DNA from: Planctomycetota bacterium
Lineage (GTDB): Bacteria; Planctomycetota; UBA11346
Assembly: GCA_038213805.1 (NCBI GenBank)
Contig: JBBQSO010000011.1
Span: 24,689 to 88,688, forward strand
Reading direction: 5' to 3'
DNA length: 64,000 bases
The position numbers were made by a program, and so were the translations under genes. The notes under the pieces were generated by a model. That model did not search any database. It saw nothing but the letters and a program-made list of their open reading frames with translations, and was not told the origin of the DNA. Positions 42,286-51,471 of this stretch are shown piece by piece (within the stretch, counting starts at the first letter, position 1; each line of letters opens with the position of its first letter).

Positions 42286-42315
42286 GCATGCCGCGCAGCT
42301 CCGCATGCTCCGCCC

Positions 42316-42756
42316 ATGGCGCTCCGCCCCACCATCGCCGGCGACCGGCTGTACGGCATCAGCATGCGCCCCCAGGAACTCGCCCTCTATGGCGCGAAGG
42401 TGGCCTTCAACCTGCGCTACAGCGCGGTCTTCGACGACCCCGCTGAGCAGGCGGCCGAGCACTTCAAACTGCTGGTCCTCGAGATCGAGGCCGAGACGCC
42501 CGCTGGTGACCCGCTCGGCCGGGATCGCGGTCGGCTGCAGCTGTTGAAATGTGGCTGGGAGCTGCGCCTGACCACGCCCATCGCCTGCACCGTCGGCACC
42601 ACCGAGGAACTGACTGAGGAGGTGCCGCTGCTGCTGGCGCGCATCGCCGACACCATCAACGATCTGGCGCAGCGCGGAGGGCTCGAGGCGCCCATGGGGC
42701 CCGAACTGGTGGCCGACCTGCTGCAGCGCTATCGTCTGGGAATGGCCGACACGTAG
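42316..42756 (+). CDS. Hypothetical protein, possibly SecB-like fold
   Basis: 146 aa with coding bias; beta-rich start followed by a helix ending INDLAQRGGL. Confidence 0.6.
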   Translation: MALRPTIAGDRLYGISMRPQELALYGAKVAFNLRYSAVFDDPAEQAAEHFKLLVLEIEAETPAGDPLGRDRGRLQLLKCGWELRLTTPIACTVGTTEELTEEVPLLLARIADTINDLAQRGGLEAPMGPELVADLLQRYRLGMADT

Positions 42757-42890
42757 AATTGATGGTATACTCGTGCTTGTGCCTCGACGCTGAGCGCTGC
42801 TCTTTGCGAATGACTGTCAATAACGACAAAACCATCGTGAAGCCGGCGCATTCGCCCGACGAATAATCAAACCGAAGGCTAGCTCCGGTC

Positions 42891-42918
42891 TTGTATCCTC
42901 ATTGTGCATATCTAGCGT
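42891..42918 (+). promoter_or_regulatory. Candidate promoter of the act-cox operon
   Basis: TTGTAT-16 nt-TAGCGT in an AT-rich intergenic region. Confidence 0.35.
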
Positions 42919-42963
42919 GTCCGCCACCTCACGAAGAGCTGGCCGTGCGCCGGGAGAGTCCTC

Positions 42964-43932
42964 GTGTCCGAGTCGCCTACGCCAGCCTTACCCGAGTCAC
43001 TGCGCGGCCCTGACCTGCCGCTGCACCTGGTGCGTCGCTATTGGGTGCTGCTGGTAATCGCCGCCCTGGCCCTCGGGTCGTTCGGATGGTGGTTCCTAGG
43101 TGCCTTCAACGACCAGCATTACGCTCCGGCCCAGCCGATCGCCTACAGCCATAAGCAGCATGTCGGCGACCTCCACATCGACTGCGCCTATTGCCATTTC
43201 AATGCCGAGCGCGGCAAGCATGCCGGCGTTCCCCCTATGTCGGTGTGCATGGGTTGCCATACGCAGGTCGCAACTGGCAAGCCCGAGATCAAGAAGCTCG
43301 CCGACATCGTCGAGAAGGGCTCTTACGTCGGCGACGACGGGGTGGTCAAGGAAGGCGGCGTCGTGCATTGGGCGCGCGTCCACAAGCTCCCCGACCACGT
43401 CTACTTCAGCCACCAATGGCATGTGAAGGCCGGTGTCGTCTGCCAGACCTGCCATGGTCCGATCGAGAAGATGGAAGTCGTGCGCCAGTTCGCGCCGCTG
43501 ACCATGGGCTGGTGCCTCGATTGCCATCGCAATACCAACTATGTCGGCGGCCCCCATTACGATCCCAAGCAGCCGGCGACTTTCACCGTGGGCACGGCAA
43601 ATTACGACGTTGTGCGCGCCCGCCAGCAGCCCGACCCGGTGGTGGTCTTCCACGAACGCGAGGTCAAGCCGTCGAGCACGGCCAAGCCCGCCGCGCCGGC
43701 GAGCGACGAGGTGCCTGCGGCCGATCCAGCGCAGAATGCCGGAGACGCGGTCTTCGGGCACTTGCTGCACGACTTCCCCGACTTGCCCCGCTGGCGCCTC
43801 AAGGACCTGCCCGAGTCGCACCGCGCCTACTACGGCAAGCTCTACGAGCACGATGATCAGGGCAAGCCCATCCTCGAACTTTCGCGCACCTTCATGAACG
43901 CGCCGACCCAGTGCAGCACCTGTCACCAGTGA
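42964..43932 (+). CDS. actA: Alternative complex III pentaheme cytochrome c
   Basis: TM; QPIAYSHKQH; five CxxCH (CAYCH, CMGCH, CQTCH, CLDCH, CSTCH); LPDHVYFSH. Confidence 0.93.
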   Translation: MSESPTPALPESLRGPDLPLHLVRRYWVLLVIAALALGSFGWWFLGAFNDQHYAPAQPIAYSHKQHVGDLHIDCAYCHFNAERGKHAGVPPMSVCMGCHTQVATGKPEIKKLADIVEKGSYVGDDGVVKEGGVVHWARVHKLPDHVYFSHQWHVKAGVVCQTCHGPIEKMEVVRQFAPLTMGWCLDCHRNTNYVGGPHYDPKQPATFTVGTANYDVVRARQQPDPVVVFHEREVKPSSTAKPAAPASDEVPAADPAQNAGDAVFGHLLHDFPDLPRWRLKDLPESHRAYYGKLYEHDDQGKPILELSRTFMNAPTQCSTCHQ

Positions 43933-43975
43933 GCGCCCTGCCCCTCTGCGCATCCAAGCCCTGCGGAATCCCCTT

Positions 43976-46900
43976 ATGACGAGCATGCCGGACGCCCCGC
44001 ACACCACCCGCCCCGCGAAGACGACGTGGCGTGATGCGGCAGAACTGACCGCCAGCGCCCCCGGCGCCGGTGACGAGTTCGCCCCCGAGGTGGCGCGCGC
44101 GCTCGCGACCCTGCGTCGCCAGCACGGTCTCAGCGAGGCGTCGTGCCAGTCTGATGGCAACACCCCGGATGAGCTCGCGCGTCTGCGCGGTGACCTCCAG
44201 GAGATGCTGCCGGGCGTCAAGCGTCGCGGTTTCATGCAGCTCACCGGCGCCGCCGCGGTGTTCGCCCTGGCCGGCTGCTACAAGCAGCACCCCGACACCA
44301 TCGTACCGTACGCCCAGCAGCCGGAAGGCACCGCACTGGGCAAGGCCGTCTACTACAGCTCGACCTTGCGCGACAGTGGCAAGCCGGTCGCGGTGATGGT
44401 TAAGACCTACGACGGCCGTCCGATCAAGATCGAGGGCAACCCCGATTCGCCGCTCGGCCGCGGGCGCTGCGACGCCCGCACCCAGGCGGCGCTGCTCAAT
44501 CTCTACGATCCCGACCGCATTCAGGATGGCGCGCAGCGCCGCGACGGCGCCACGCTCTCGCCCATCGCCTGGGCCGACCTCGACAAGGCAGTCGGTGCCG
44601 CACTGGCCAGTGGCAACGTCGGTTTGCTTACCGGGCCGATCGACGGTCCGGCGCGCCGTCAGCTCATCAATGAGTTGACCAGCGCCTTCGGGGCGCGGCT
44701 GCAGCACGCCGTGCTTGACCCTTCAGCCGACACCAGCCGCCTGGCTGATCGTGGCCAGGACGTGGTCTACCGCATCGACAAGGCGGCCCTGCTGGTCAGC
44801 CTCGGCGGTGACTTCCTCGGCGGCGGTTCCACCGGCCTGACCGAGGCCGTCGAATTTGGCGACTTCCGCCGCCTGCGTGGCACCGGCGACAGCGCCGATC
44901 TCGGTCAGGTGGTGGTCTTCGAGGGCCCACTCAGCCAACTCGGCGCAGTCGCCGATGTGCGCGTGCGCGTGGCGCCCGACCGCCTCGCCCTGGTCGCCTG
45001 GGGCATCGCCGAAGTGGTCGCCAAGGCTCTCGGCCAGACCCTGCCCGAGGCGGCGCGCACGGCGCTCGACGCCGCGCGTGGCGCCAAGCCGCTGTTCGAG
45101 GCGCTCGGCCTGCGCGACATCGAAGGGGTGGATCCCATCGCCTTCGCCGCGGGCCGACTGCTGGCGGTGAAGAAGTCCGGCAAGAACAGTTTGGTCTACG
45201 ACGGTCCCGCGACCAATGCGCACCTCGGTGCGGCCGTCAATCTGCTCAACAGCCTGCTCGGCAACGATGGCGTGACCGTCGATGGCGCAGCCGTGGCCGC
45301 CACCGCGATCGCCGCCACCCCCGGCGCGGCCGCGGCGCTCATTGCGCGCGCCGCCAGCGGCGAGCTCGCCACGCTCATCGTGGTCGATGTCAATCCCGCC
45401 TTCCTGTTCGCCGGTTCGCCCACCGCCAAGGCCCTGGCCGCGGTCAAGACCCTGATCGTGCTCGCCGACCGCGTCACCGAGACCGCCGCGCTGGCGCATT
45501 ACATCGCGCCCACGCTGCACGGTCTCGAGAGTTGGGGCGACGCCGAGGCGCGCGCCGGCGTGCTCAGTCTGCAGCAGCCCGCCATCCAGCCGCTGTGGGA
45601 CGCGCGCGCCGCCGAGGAGAGCCTGCTCGCCTTCGCCGTGGCCGCCGGCGTGAAGACTGCATCATTCGTGCAGCCCGTGGTGGCCACCGATCCGAAACAG
45701 GTCGCGGTGGTTTCGCGCCGCCCGCTCTGGCAGGCGGCCGCCGCCGGCGTGCAGAGCTGGCAGAACTACGTGCGCGCGGTGTGGCTCGGTTCGGTCAAGC
45801 CTCTCGCCAAGGTAGTGGTCGACGACCGTACCTTCTGGAACGCGGCCCTCGCGCGTGGCGTGGTCGTGGTCTCGGTCGATGCCAAGGCGCTGCCCGCGTA
45901 CGCGCCGCCGGAACTGCCCGCCTTCCCCCTGCCGCGACCCGCGGGCGCGCTGCAGCTGGTGGTCTCGCCCTCGCGCGTGTTCGGCGACGGCACCTGGCTG
46001 AACAACGCCTGGCTGCAGGAGACTTCAGACCCGGTGGCGAAGATCACCTGGGACAACTGGCTGGCACTGTCGCCCGCCGACGCGCAGCGCCTCGGGTTCG
46101 CCGAGAACGACGTCGCCAAACTCACCATCGGCGGCATCGCGGTGAAGTTGCCGGTGCACGTCCAGGAGGGCCAGCACCCCGGCGTGCTGCAGACCTTCAG
46201 CGGCTGGGGTCGCGCGAAGGACCGCGCCGGCGCGGTCGCCAACCTCGGTCTCGAGGGCATGGGCTACAGCGTCGACGTGCGGCCGCTCGCCGCCGTCGCC
46301 GACCAGGCGCCGACCCTCGAGCACACCGGCGAGACCTGGCAGCTGGCCTGCACCCAGGGCCACCAGCGCATGGAGGGCCGCGACATCGCGCGCGAGGACG
46401 TGCTCGAACTCCACCGCAGCGATCCCGGCGCGCGGCGCCGGCGCGGCGCGGACGAGCTGTGGGACAAGGGTGTCGACGGCAAGGAGGGCGGCCGCCTGAG
46501 CGTGTTCGGCTCCAGCCACGAGTACGTCGGCCACAAGTGGGGCATGGCCGTCGACCTCACCACCTGCACCGGCTGCCAGGCCTGCGTGGTCGCCTGCACC
46601 GCCGAGAACAACGTCCCGGTGGTCGGCCGCGATGAGGTGCGCAAGGGCCGCGAGATGCACTGGATCCGCATCGACCGCTATTACACGTCGACCGCCGACG
46701 CCACCGGCCGGCCTGACCTGCTCGATGTCGAGGTCGTCCATCAGCCGGTCATGTGCCAGCAGTGCGGCCAGGCGCCGTGCGAAGAGGTGTGCCCGGCGAT
46801 GGCCACGGTGCACAACGACGAGGGCATCAACCACATGGTGTACAACCGCTGCATCGGTACGCGGTACTGCTCCAACAACTGCCCGTACAAGGTGCGCCGC

Positions 46901-47407
46901 TTCAACTGGTACGAGTACAGCAAGTACCGCGCCGGACCGATCGGCTCGGGCAGCCCGCTGGTGCGCATCGCTAAGAACATCCAGACCAGCGGCGCCACCA
47001 GCAGCCAGGCCGAGCTCAGCCAAGCGCCGCTGCAGATGCTGCTCAATCCCGAGGTCACGGTGCGTTCGCGCGGCGTGATGGAGAAGTGCAACTTCTGCTT
47101 GCAGCGCACCCGCGAGATCCGCGAGACCGAAAAGGCCAGCGGCAGCCGCGCCAAGGACGGCGCGGTGACCACCGCCTGCGCGCAGACCTGCCCGACCCAG
47201 GCGATCACCTTCGGCGACCTCAACGATCCGAACGCCCAGGTGAACGCGGCCATCGCCCAGGCCCACGGCTGGAAGCTGCTCGACGCCGAGCTCAACACCC
47301 GTCCGGCGGTGACCTACCTGGCGAAGATCCGCAACCGCCCGGCGACCGCCGAGGAGCGCGGCATCGAAAGCCCGGCCGCGGCCCACGCGGCAGGAGGCAA
47401 GCCGTGA
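43976..47407 (+). CDS. actB: Alternative complex III molybdopterin-fold/Fe-S subunit
   Basis: Tat-lipoprotein KRRGFMQL...LAGC; GRPIKIEGNP; NNAWLQE..DP..KITWDN; four Fe-S motif groups including CIGTRYCSNNCP. Confidence 0.95.
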   Translation: MTSMPDAPHTTRPAKTTWRDAAELTASAPGAGDEFAPEVARALATLRRQHGLSEASCQSDGNTPDELARLRGDLQEMLPGVKRRGFMQLTGAAAVFALAGCYKQHPDTIVPYAQQPEGTALGKAVYYSSTLRDSGKPVAVMVKTYDGRPIKIEGNPDSPLGRGRCDARTQAALLNLYDPDRIQDGAQRRDGATLSPIAWADLDKAVGAALASGNVGLLTGPIDGPARRQLINELTSAFGARLQHAVLDPSADTSRLADRGQDVVYRIDKAALLVSLGGDFLGGGSTGLTEAVEFGDFRRLRGTGDSADLGQVVVFEGPLSQLGAVADVRVRVAPDRLALVAWGIAEVVAKALGQTLPEAARTALDAARGAKPLFEALGLRDIEGVDPIAFAAGRLLAVKKSGKNSLVYDGPATNAHLGAAVNLLNSLLGNDGVTVDGAAVAATAIAATPGAAAALIARAASGELATLIVVDVNPAFLFAGSPTAKALAAVKTLIVLADRVTETAALAHYIAPTLHGLESWGDAEARAGVLSLQQPAIQPLWDARAAEESLLAFAVAAGVKTASFVQPVVATDPKQVAVVSRRPLWQAAAAGVQSWQNYVRAVWLGSVKPLAKVVVDDRTFWNAALARGVVVVSVDAKALPAYAPPELPAFPLPRPAGALQLVVSPSRVFGDGTWLNNAWLQETSDPVAKITWDNWLALSPADAQRLGFAENDVAKLTIGGIAVKLPVHVQEGQHPGVLQTFSGWGRAKDRAGAVANLGLEGMGYSVDVRPLAAVADQAPTLEHTGETWQLACTQGHQRMEGRDIAREDVLELHRSDPGARRRRGADELWDKGVDGKEGGRLSVFGSSHEYVGHKWGMAVDLTTCTGCQACVVACTAENNVPVVGRDEVRKGREMHWIRIDRYYTSTADATGRPDLLDVEVVHQPVMCQQCGQAPCEEVCPAMATVHNDEGINHMVYNRCIGTRYCSNNCPYKVRRFNWYEYSKYRAGPIGSGSPLVRIAKNIQTSGATSSQAELSQAPLQMLLNPEVTVRSRGVMEKCNFCLQRTREIRETEKASGSRAKDGAVTTACAQTCPTQAITFGDLNDPNAQVNAAIAQAHGWKLLDAELNTRPAVTYLAKIRNRPATAEERGIESPAAAHAAGGKP

Positions 47408-48762
47408 GCGCCCCCCACGACCTTCCGCCGCTGACCGCCAAGCAGCTCACCGACGACGTCACCGCGCCGCTGTTCAAGCTGCCCAACCTGATCTGGTTCC
47501 ACGGCTTCGGCCTGGCGCAGATGCTGGCGGTGCTGCTGTTCGTGGCGATCGGCTGCTATTGCGTCGAGGGCTACGGCATCTTCGGCACCAACCAGCCGGT
47601 GAACTGGGGCAACGACATCACCACCTACATCTTCTGGATCGGCATCGCCGTGGCCGGCACGCTGGTCTCGGCGATCCTGTTCCTGTTCCGGCAGAAGTGG
47701 CGCACCGCGATCAACCGCTCGACCGAGGGCATGACGGTGATGGCGATCCAGATCGCCGGACTCTTCCCGCTCATCCACACCGGGCGCCCGTGGGTCGATT
47801 TCTGGCTGATGCCCTACCCCAACGACCGCTACCTGTGGCCGAACTTCAAGTCGCCGATCGTGTGGGACGTGTTCGCGCTGACAGCGTACGCGCTGTGCTC
47901 GATCATCTTCTGGTACCTGGGTCTGGTTCCGGACTTCGCCACCGTGCGCGACCGTGCCACGCGCCCCTGGCAGCGCCGCATCTACAGCGTGCTGGCGATG
48001 GGCTGGCGCGGCCGCGCCGAGGACTGGAACCACTTCGAGCGCGCCTACGCGCAGTTCGCCTGGATCTCGACGCCGCTGGTGCTGGGCATGCACTCGACCA
48101 TCGCCATCCTCGCTGCAGTCGGCAAGGTCTCGGGCTGGCACACTACTATCTTCGCTCCCTACTTCGTCTCGGGCGCGATCTTTGGCGGCCTGGCCATGGC
48201 GATCGTGCTGCTCGTGCCGATGCGCTCGATGCTCAAGCTCGAGCGCTACATCACCGTCGACCATCTTGAGCGCCTGGCCAAGGTCATGCTCGCCACCGGC
48301 CTGCTGGTCGCCTACGTCTACGTCATGGAGTTCTTCGCGGCCTGGTACACCGAGTCGCCCTACGAGAAGCACCAGTTCCTGGTCTTCCGTCCAACCGGCG
48401 AGTGGGCGTGGGGCTTCTGGACGATGATGACCTGCAACGTCGCCATTCCGCAGCTGCTGTGGATCAAGGCGGTGCGCCGCAATCTGGTTGCACTGTTCCT
48501 GATCGCCATCGCGGTCAACGTCGGCATGTGGTTCGAGCGCTTTGTGATCATCGCACTGTCGGTGATGCACGACGCGCTGCCCTCGACCTGGGGCCACTAC
48601 GCCTTCACCGGCTTCGACTGGATGATCCTGGCCGGATCCTTCGGCCTGTTCTTCACCATGATCCTGGTGTTCGTGCGCGTCGCACCGGTGGTGTCGATCG
48701 CCGAACTCAAGGCCCTGCTGCTGCGCCGCAGCCACCGCAAGGAAGAGGCCGACCATGGCTGA
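47404..48762 (+). CDS. actC: Alternative complex III NrfD-family quinol-site subunit
   Basis: FWIGI, INRSTE, FPLIHTGRPW, NFKSPIVWDVFA, GWHTTIF, WFERF; GTGA overlap with actB. Confidence 0.95.
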   Translation: MSAPHDLPPLTAKQLTDDVTAPLFKLPNLIWFHGFGLAQMLAVLLFVAIGCYCVEGYGIFGTNQPVNWGNDITTYIFWIGIAVAGTLVSAILFLFRQKWRTAINRSTEGMTVMAIQIAGLFPLIHTGRPWVDFWLMPYPNDRYLWPNFKSPIVWDVFALTAYALCSIIFWYLGLVPDFATVRDRATRPWQRRIYSVLAMGWRGRAEDWNHFERAYAQFAWISTPLVLGMHSTIAILAAVGKVSGWHTTIFAPYFVSGAIFGGLAMAIVLLVPMRSMLKLERYITVDHLERLAKVMLATGLLVAYVYVMEFFAAWYTESPYEKHQFLVFRPTGEWAWGFWTMMTCNVAIPQLLWIKAVRRNLVALFLIAIAVNVGMWFERFVIIALSVMHDALPSTWGHYAFTGFDWMILAGSFGLFFTMILVFVRVAPVVSIAELKALLLRRSHRKEEADHG

Positions 48763-49378
48763 TGCCGCCCCGTTCGTCGCCGGCTTCTACCTCGATCAGG
48801 AGCGCTTCGTGTCCGCGTGCGCCGCGGCCCGCAAGGCCGGCCACCAGCCGATCGCCTTCACGCCCTGGCCCGTCCATGGCCTGGAGCACGTCCTTGGCAT
48901 CAAGCGCAGCTTCATCGGCCGCCCGGTGCTGGCGATCATCCTGATCGGCTTCGCCATCGGCATGCACATGGAGTGGTTCTCGATGTCGCAGAACTGGCCG
49001 CTGAACGTCGGCGGCAAGCCCTACTTCGCCTGGCCGACCTTCCTGGTGGTGGCGCTCGAGACCGGCCTGCTGTTCGGCGCGCTCACCAACTTCGCCCTGG
49101 CCTTCCACACCTGCAAGCTGTTGCCCAATCCCGACACCCGGCTGCTGAACGACCGCATGACCGACGACACCTTCACCCTGGTGCTGCCGGTGCGCGCCGG
49201 CGAGACCGCCGAATCGCTGAGCGCCTGGCTGCGCGCCAACCGCTGCGAGGACATCGACGTGCGCGGTGCGGGCGGTCTGGCCGGCGCGGCGACCGCGCCG
49301 CCTGCGCCCAGCTCGACGACCACCACCGGCGAGCCCGGCACCGATGCCCATCGTCATGAAGGGGTGACCCATGGTTGA
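48755..49378 (+). CDS. actD: Alternative complex III subunit (DUF3341)
   Basis: FTPWPVHGL, WPLNVGGKP, TDDTF. Confidence 0.9.
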   Translation: MADAAPFVAGFYLDQERFVSACAAARKAGHQPIAFTPWPVHGLEHVLGIKRSFIGRPVLAIILIGFAIGMHMEWFSMSQNWPLNVGGKPYFAWPTFLVVALETGLLFGALTNFALAFHTCKLLPNPDTRLLNDRMTDDTFTLVLPVRAGETAESLSAWLRANRCEDIDVRGAGGLAGAATAPPAPSSTTTTGEPGTDAHRHEGVTHG

Positions 49379-50231
49379 GGCGATGATGACAGCGCACTCC
49401 GCCGCGCGGCGGCCCGCCCTGACCATCCTGCTTGGCGTGCTCGCACTCGCCGCCGCTTCGTGCGACGGCGAAAAGAAGTCGCGCGGCATTAAGTACATGC
49501 CCGAGATGTACGACACCCCGGCATTCAAGAGCCAGCAGGCCATGGAGCGCCTGATGCCCGCCGCTGAGGCCGGCAAGCCCGCGGTCATGCACCACATCCC
49601 GGCGCTGCTGACGCCACCGGCTGGCACGGTCTCGCGCGACACCGCGCCCTATGCCATCGCCGCCACCGACTGGGCAGCAGCCAAGCAGCTGGTCAACCCG
49701 CTGACGCCAGGTGCGGCGGTGTTGCGCGTCGGTCAACGGCGCTTCAACGTCACCTGCGCGGTCTGCCACGGTCGCGACGGCGACGCCGCGCACGGCTACG
49801 TCGCGCCGACCAAGGAGCACCCCGACCGCTTCACCGGCGTGCCGTCGCTGAACGGCGCCAGCCTGATGGGCCTGAGCGACGGTGAGATCTACCACATCGT
49901 CACTCTCGGCCGCAACCGCATGCCCAGCCTACGCGCCCAGGTCCTGCCCGAGGAACGCTGGGCGGTGGTCCTCTACGTGCGCGCGCTCAACGGCGCATCG
50001 CTGGCGATGAGCGACGCCGAGTCGCGCCTCGCCAAGCTCCTCGCCGAGCATGCCGAGGGTGGCAAGGCGATGGACGCCTACGCCACGGCCGAGATCGAAA
50101 ACGCAAAGAAGGCGGTCGCGTCCAAGCATCGCGACCTGGTGCTCATCCAGCAGGGCGGCGACGGCGCCGAGTTCGCCCCGCCGGTCGGCCCGCAGCCCGA
50201 GTACGCCAAGCCCGAGTGGCCGGAGAAGTAG
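49371..50231 (+). CDS. actE: Alternative complex III monoheme lipoprotein cytochrome c
   Basis: Lipobox AAASC, YMPEM, PPAGTV, CAVCH, RMP, ERWAVV.YVRAL. Confidence 0.9.
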   Translation: MVEAMMTAHSAARRPALTILLGVLALAAASCDGEKKSRGIKYMPEMYDTPAFKSQQAMERLMPAAEAGKPAVMHHIPALLTPPAGTVSRDTAPYAIAATDWAAAKQLVNPLTPGAAVLRVGQRRFNVTCAVCHGRDGDAAHGYVAPTKEHPDRFTGVPSLNGASLMGLSDGEIYHIVTLGRNRMPSLRAQVLPEERWAVVLYVRALNGASLAMSDAESRLAKLLAEHAEGGKAMDAYATAEIENAKKAVASKHRDLVLIQQGGDGAEFAPPVGPQPEYAKPEWPEK

Positions 50232-50232
50232 C

Positions 50233-51471
50233 GTGGACAACCATCCGGAACCTTTGACCGCGGTGCCCGTGCCGCCCGCCCTGCATGCCCCGCGCCTGAG
50301 CGCGGTGGCGGCGGCGCTGGTGTTCATCGGTGCGGCGTCGTTCGTCGGTATGCTCATCGCGGGCGAGCAGCGCCATGCCTGGGCGAGCCTGTTGCAGGGC
50401 ATGATCATCCCGACCTGGATCGGTGTGGGCGGGCTGTTCTTCATCGCGGTGCACAGCGTCTGCAACGGCGGCTGGATCACGCCGCTGCGCCGTGTCATGG
50501 AGGGTCTGACCGCGGGCCTGCCGCTGACCCTGGCGGCGTTCGGTCTGATCGCCGGACTCGGCGCCAGCTACCTGTATGAGTGGGTCGCAAATCCTACCGG
50601 CCAGGCGCACCTGGCGCTGTTCCACGCCCACGAGGGGGTCTCCTCGAAGGCCTCGTGGATGACCTGGAACCGCTGGGTCGCCACCAGCATCTGCATCATC
50701 ATGCTGTGGATGTTCATGCGCCGCCTGCTGGTCGGGTTGAGCCTGCGCCAGGACCAGGGCACCGGCAACGCGGCCATCGCGCGCGTCCACCTGCGCACCA
50801 GCATCGTCTGGCTGTTCGTGTTCGCGCTCACCTTCACGCTGTTCTGCTGGGACATGCTGCTCAGCCTGCATGTCGGCTTCGCCTCGACGATGTGGGGGGT
50901 CTACTGCTTCACCAGCGCGGTGCAGACTTTCATCGCGGTGACGGTGGTGATGGCGGTGTGGCTGCGCACCGGCCCACTCGCGCGCGTCATCGAGTCGCAC
51001 ACCCTGCACGACCTCGGCACCTGGACGCTGGGCTGGGGCTGCTTCTGCGCCTACATCGCCTTCGCCCAGTACCTGGTGATCTACTACGCCAACATGGATG
51101 AGGAGACGGTGTTCCTGCTCACCCGCCTGCAGCACGGCTACGGCACCGCCTACGCCGCCGAGTACGCGCTGCGCTTCCTGCTGCCCTTCGCCGCGCTGAT
51201 GAGCCAAAGCATGCGCGCCCGGCCGGCCGCGCTGGTGACGGTCTCGGCGCTGATCCTGCTCGGCAACTGGATGGACTGGTCCTGGATCATCATGCCGGCC
51301 TTCTCGCCGAACCTCTACCAGCCCTTCTGGGACCTGCCCACCCTGGCCGTCGGCCTGGGTTTCGCCGGTGCGCTGCTGCTGCTCGCCCTGGCCTTCTGGC
51401 GCCGCAACGGCCTGGTGCCCAAGGGCGATCCCCGCCTGCTGTCCACGATCAATGCGGAGCACCTGCACTGA
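50233..51471 (+). CDS. actF: Alternative complex III membrane subunit
   Basis: RRVME, WDMLLSL...STMWGVY, HDLG, YIAFAQYLVIYYAN..EET, PKGDPRL. Confidence 0.9.
   Translation: MDNHPEPLTAVPVPPALHAPRLSAVAAALVFIGAASFVGMLIAGEQRHAWASLLQGMIIPTWIGVGGLFFIAVHSVCNGGWITPLRRVMEGLTAGLPLTLAAFGLIAGLGASYLYEWVANPTGQAHLALFHAHEGVSSKASWMTWNRWVATSICIIMLWMFMRRLLVGLSLRQDQGTGNAAIARVHLRTSIVWLFVFALTFTLFCWDMLLSLHVGFASTMWGVYCFTSAVQTFIAVTVVMAVWLRTGPLARVIESHTLHDLGTWTLGWGCFCAYIAFAQYLVIYYANMDEETVFLLTRLQHGYGTAYAAEYALRFLLPFAALMSQSMRARPAALVTVSALILLGNWMDWSWIIMPAFSPNLYQPFWDLPTLAVGLGFAGALLLLALAFWRRNGLVPKGDPRLLSTINAEHLH

Noticed and set aside
43976..47407. ActB as a molybdoenzyme such as a polysulfide or nitrate reductase
   Set aside because: The actA-F context and motifs identify ACIII, whose ActB has the fold but is not known to bind molybdopterin.
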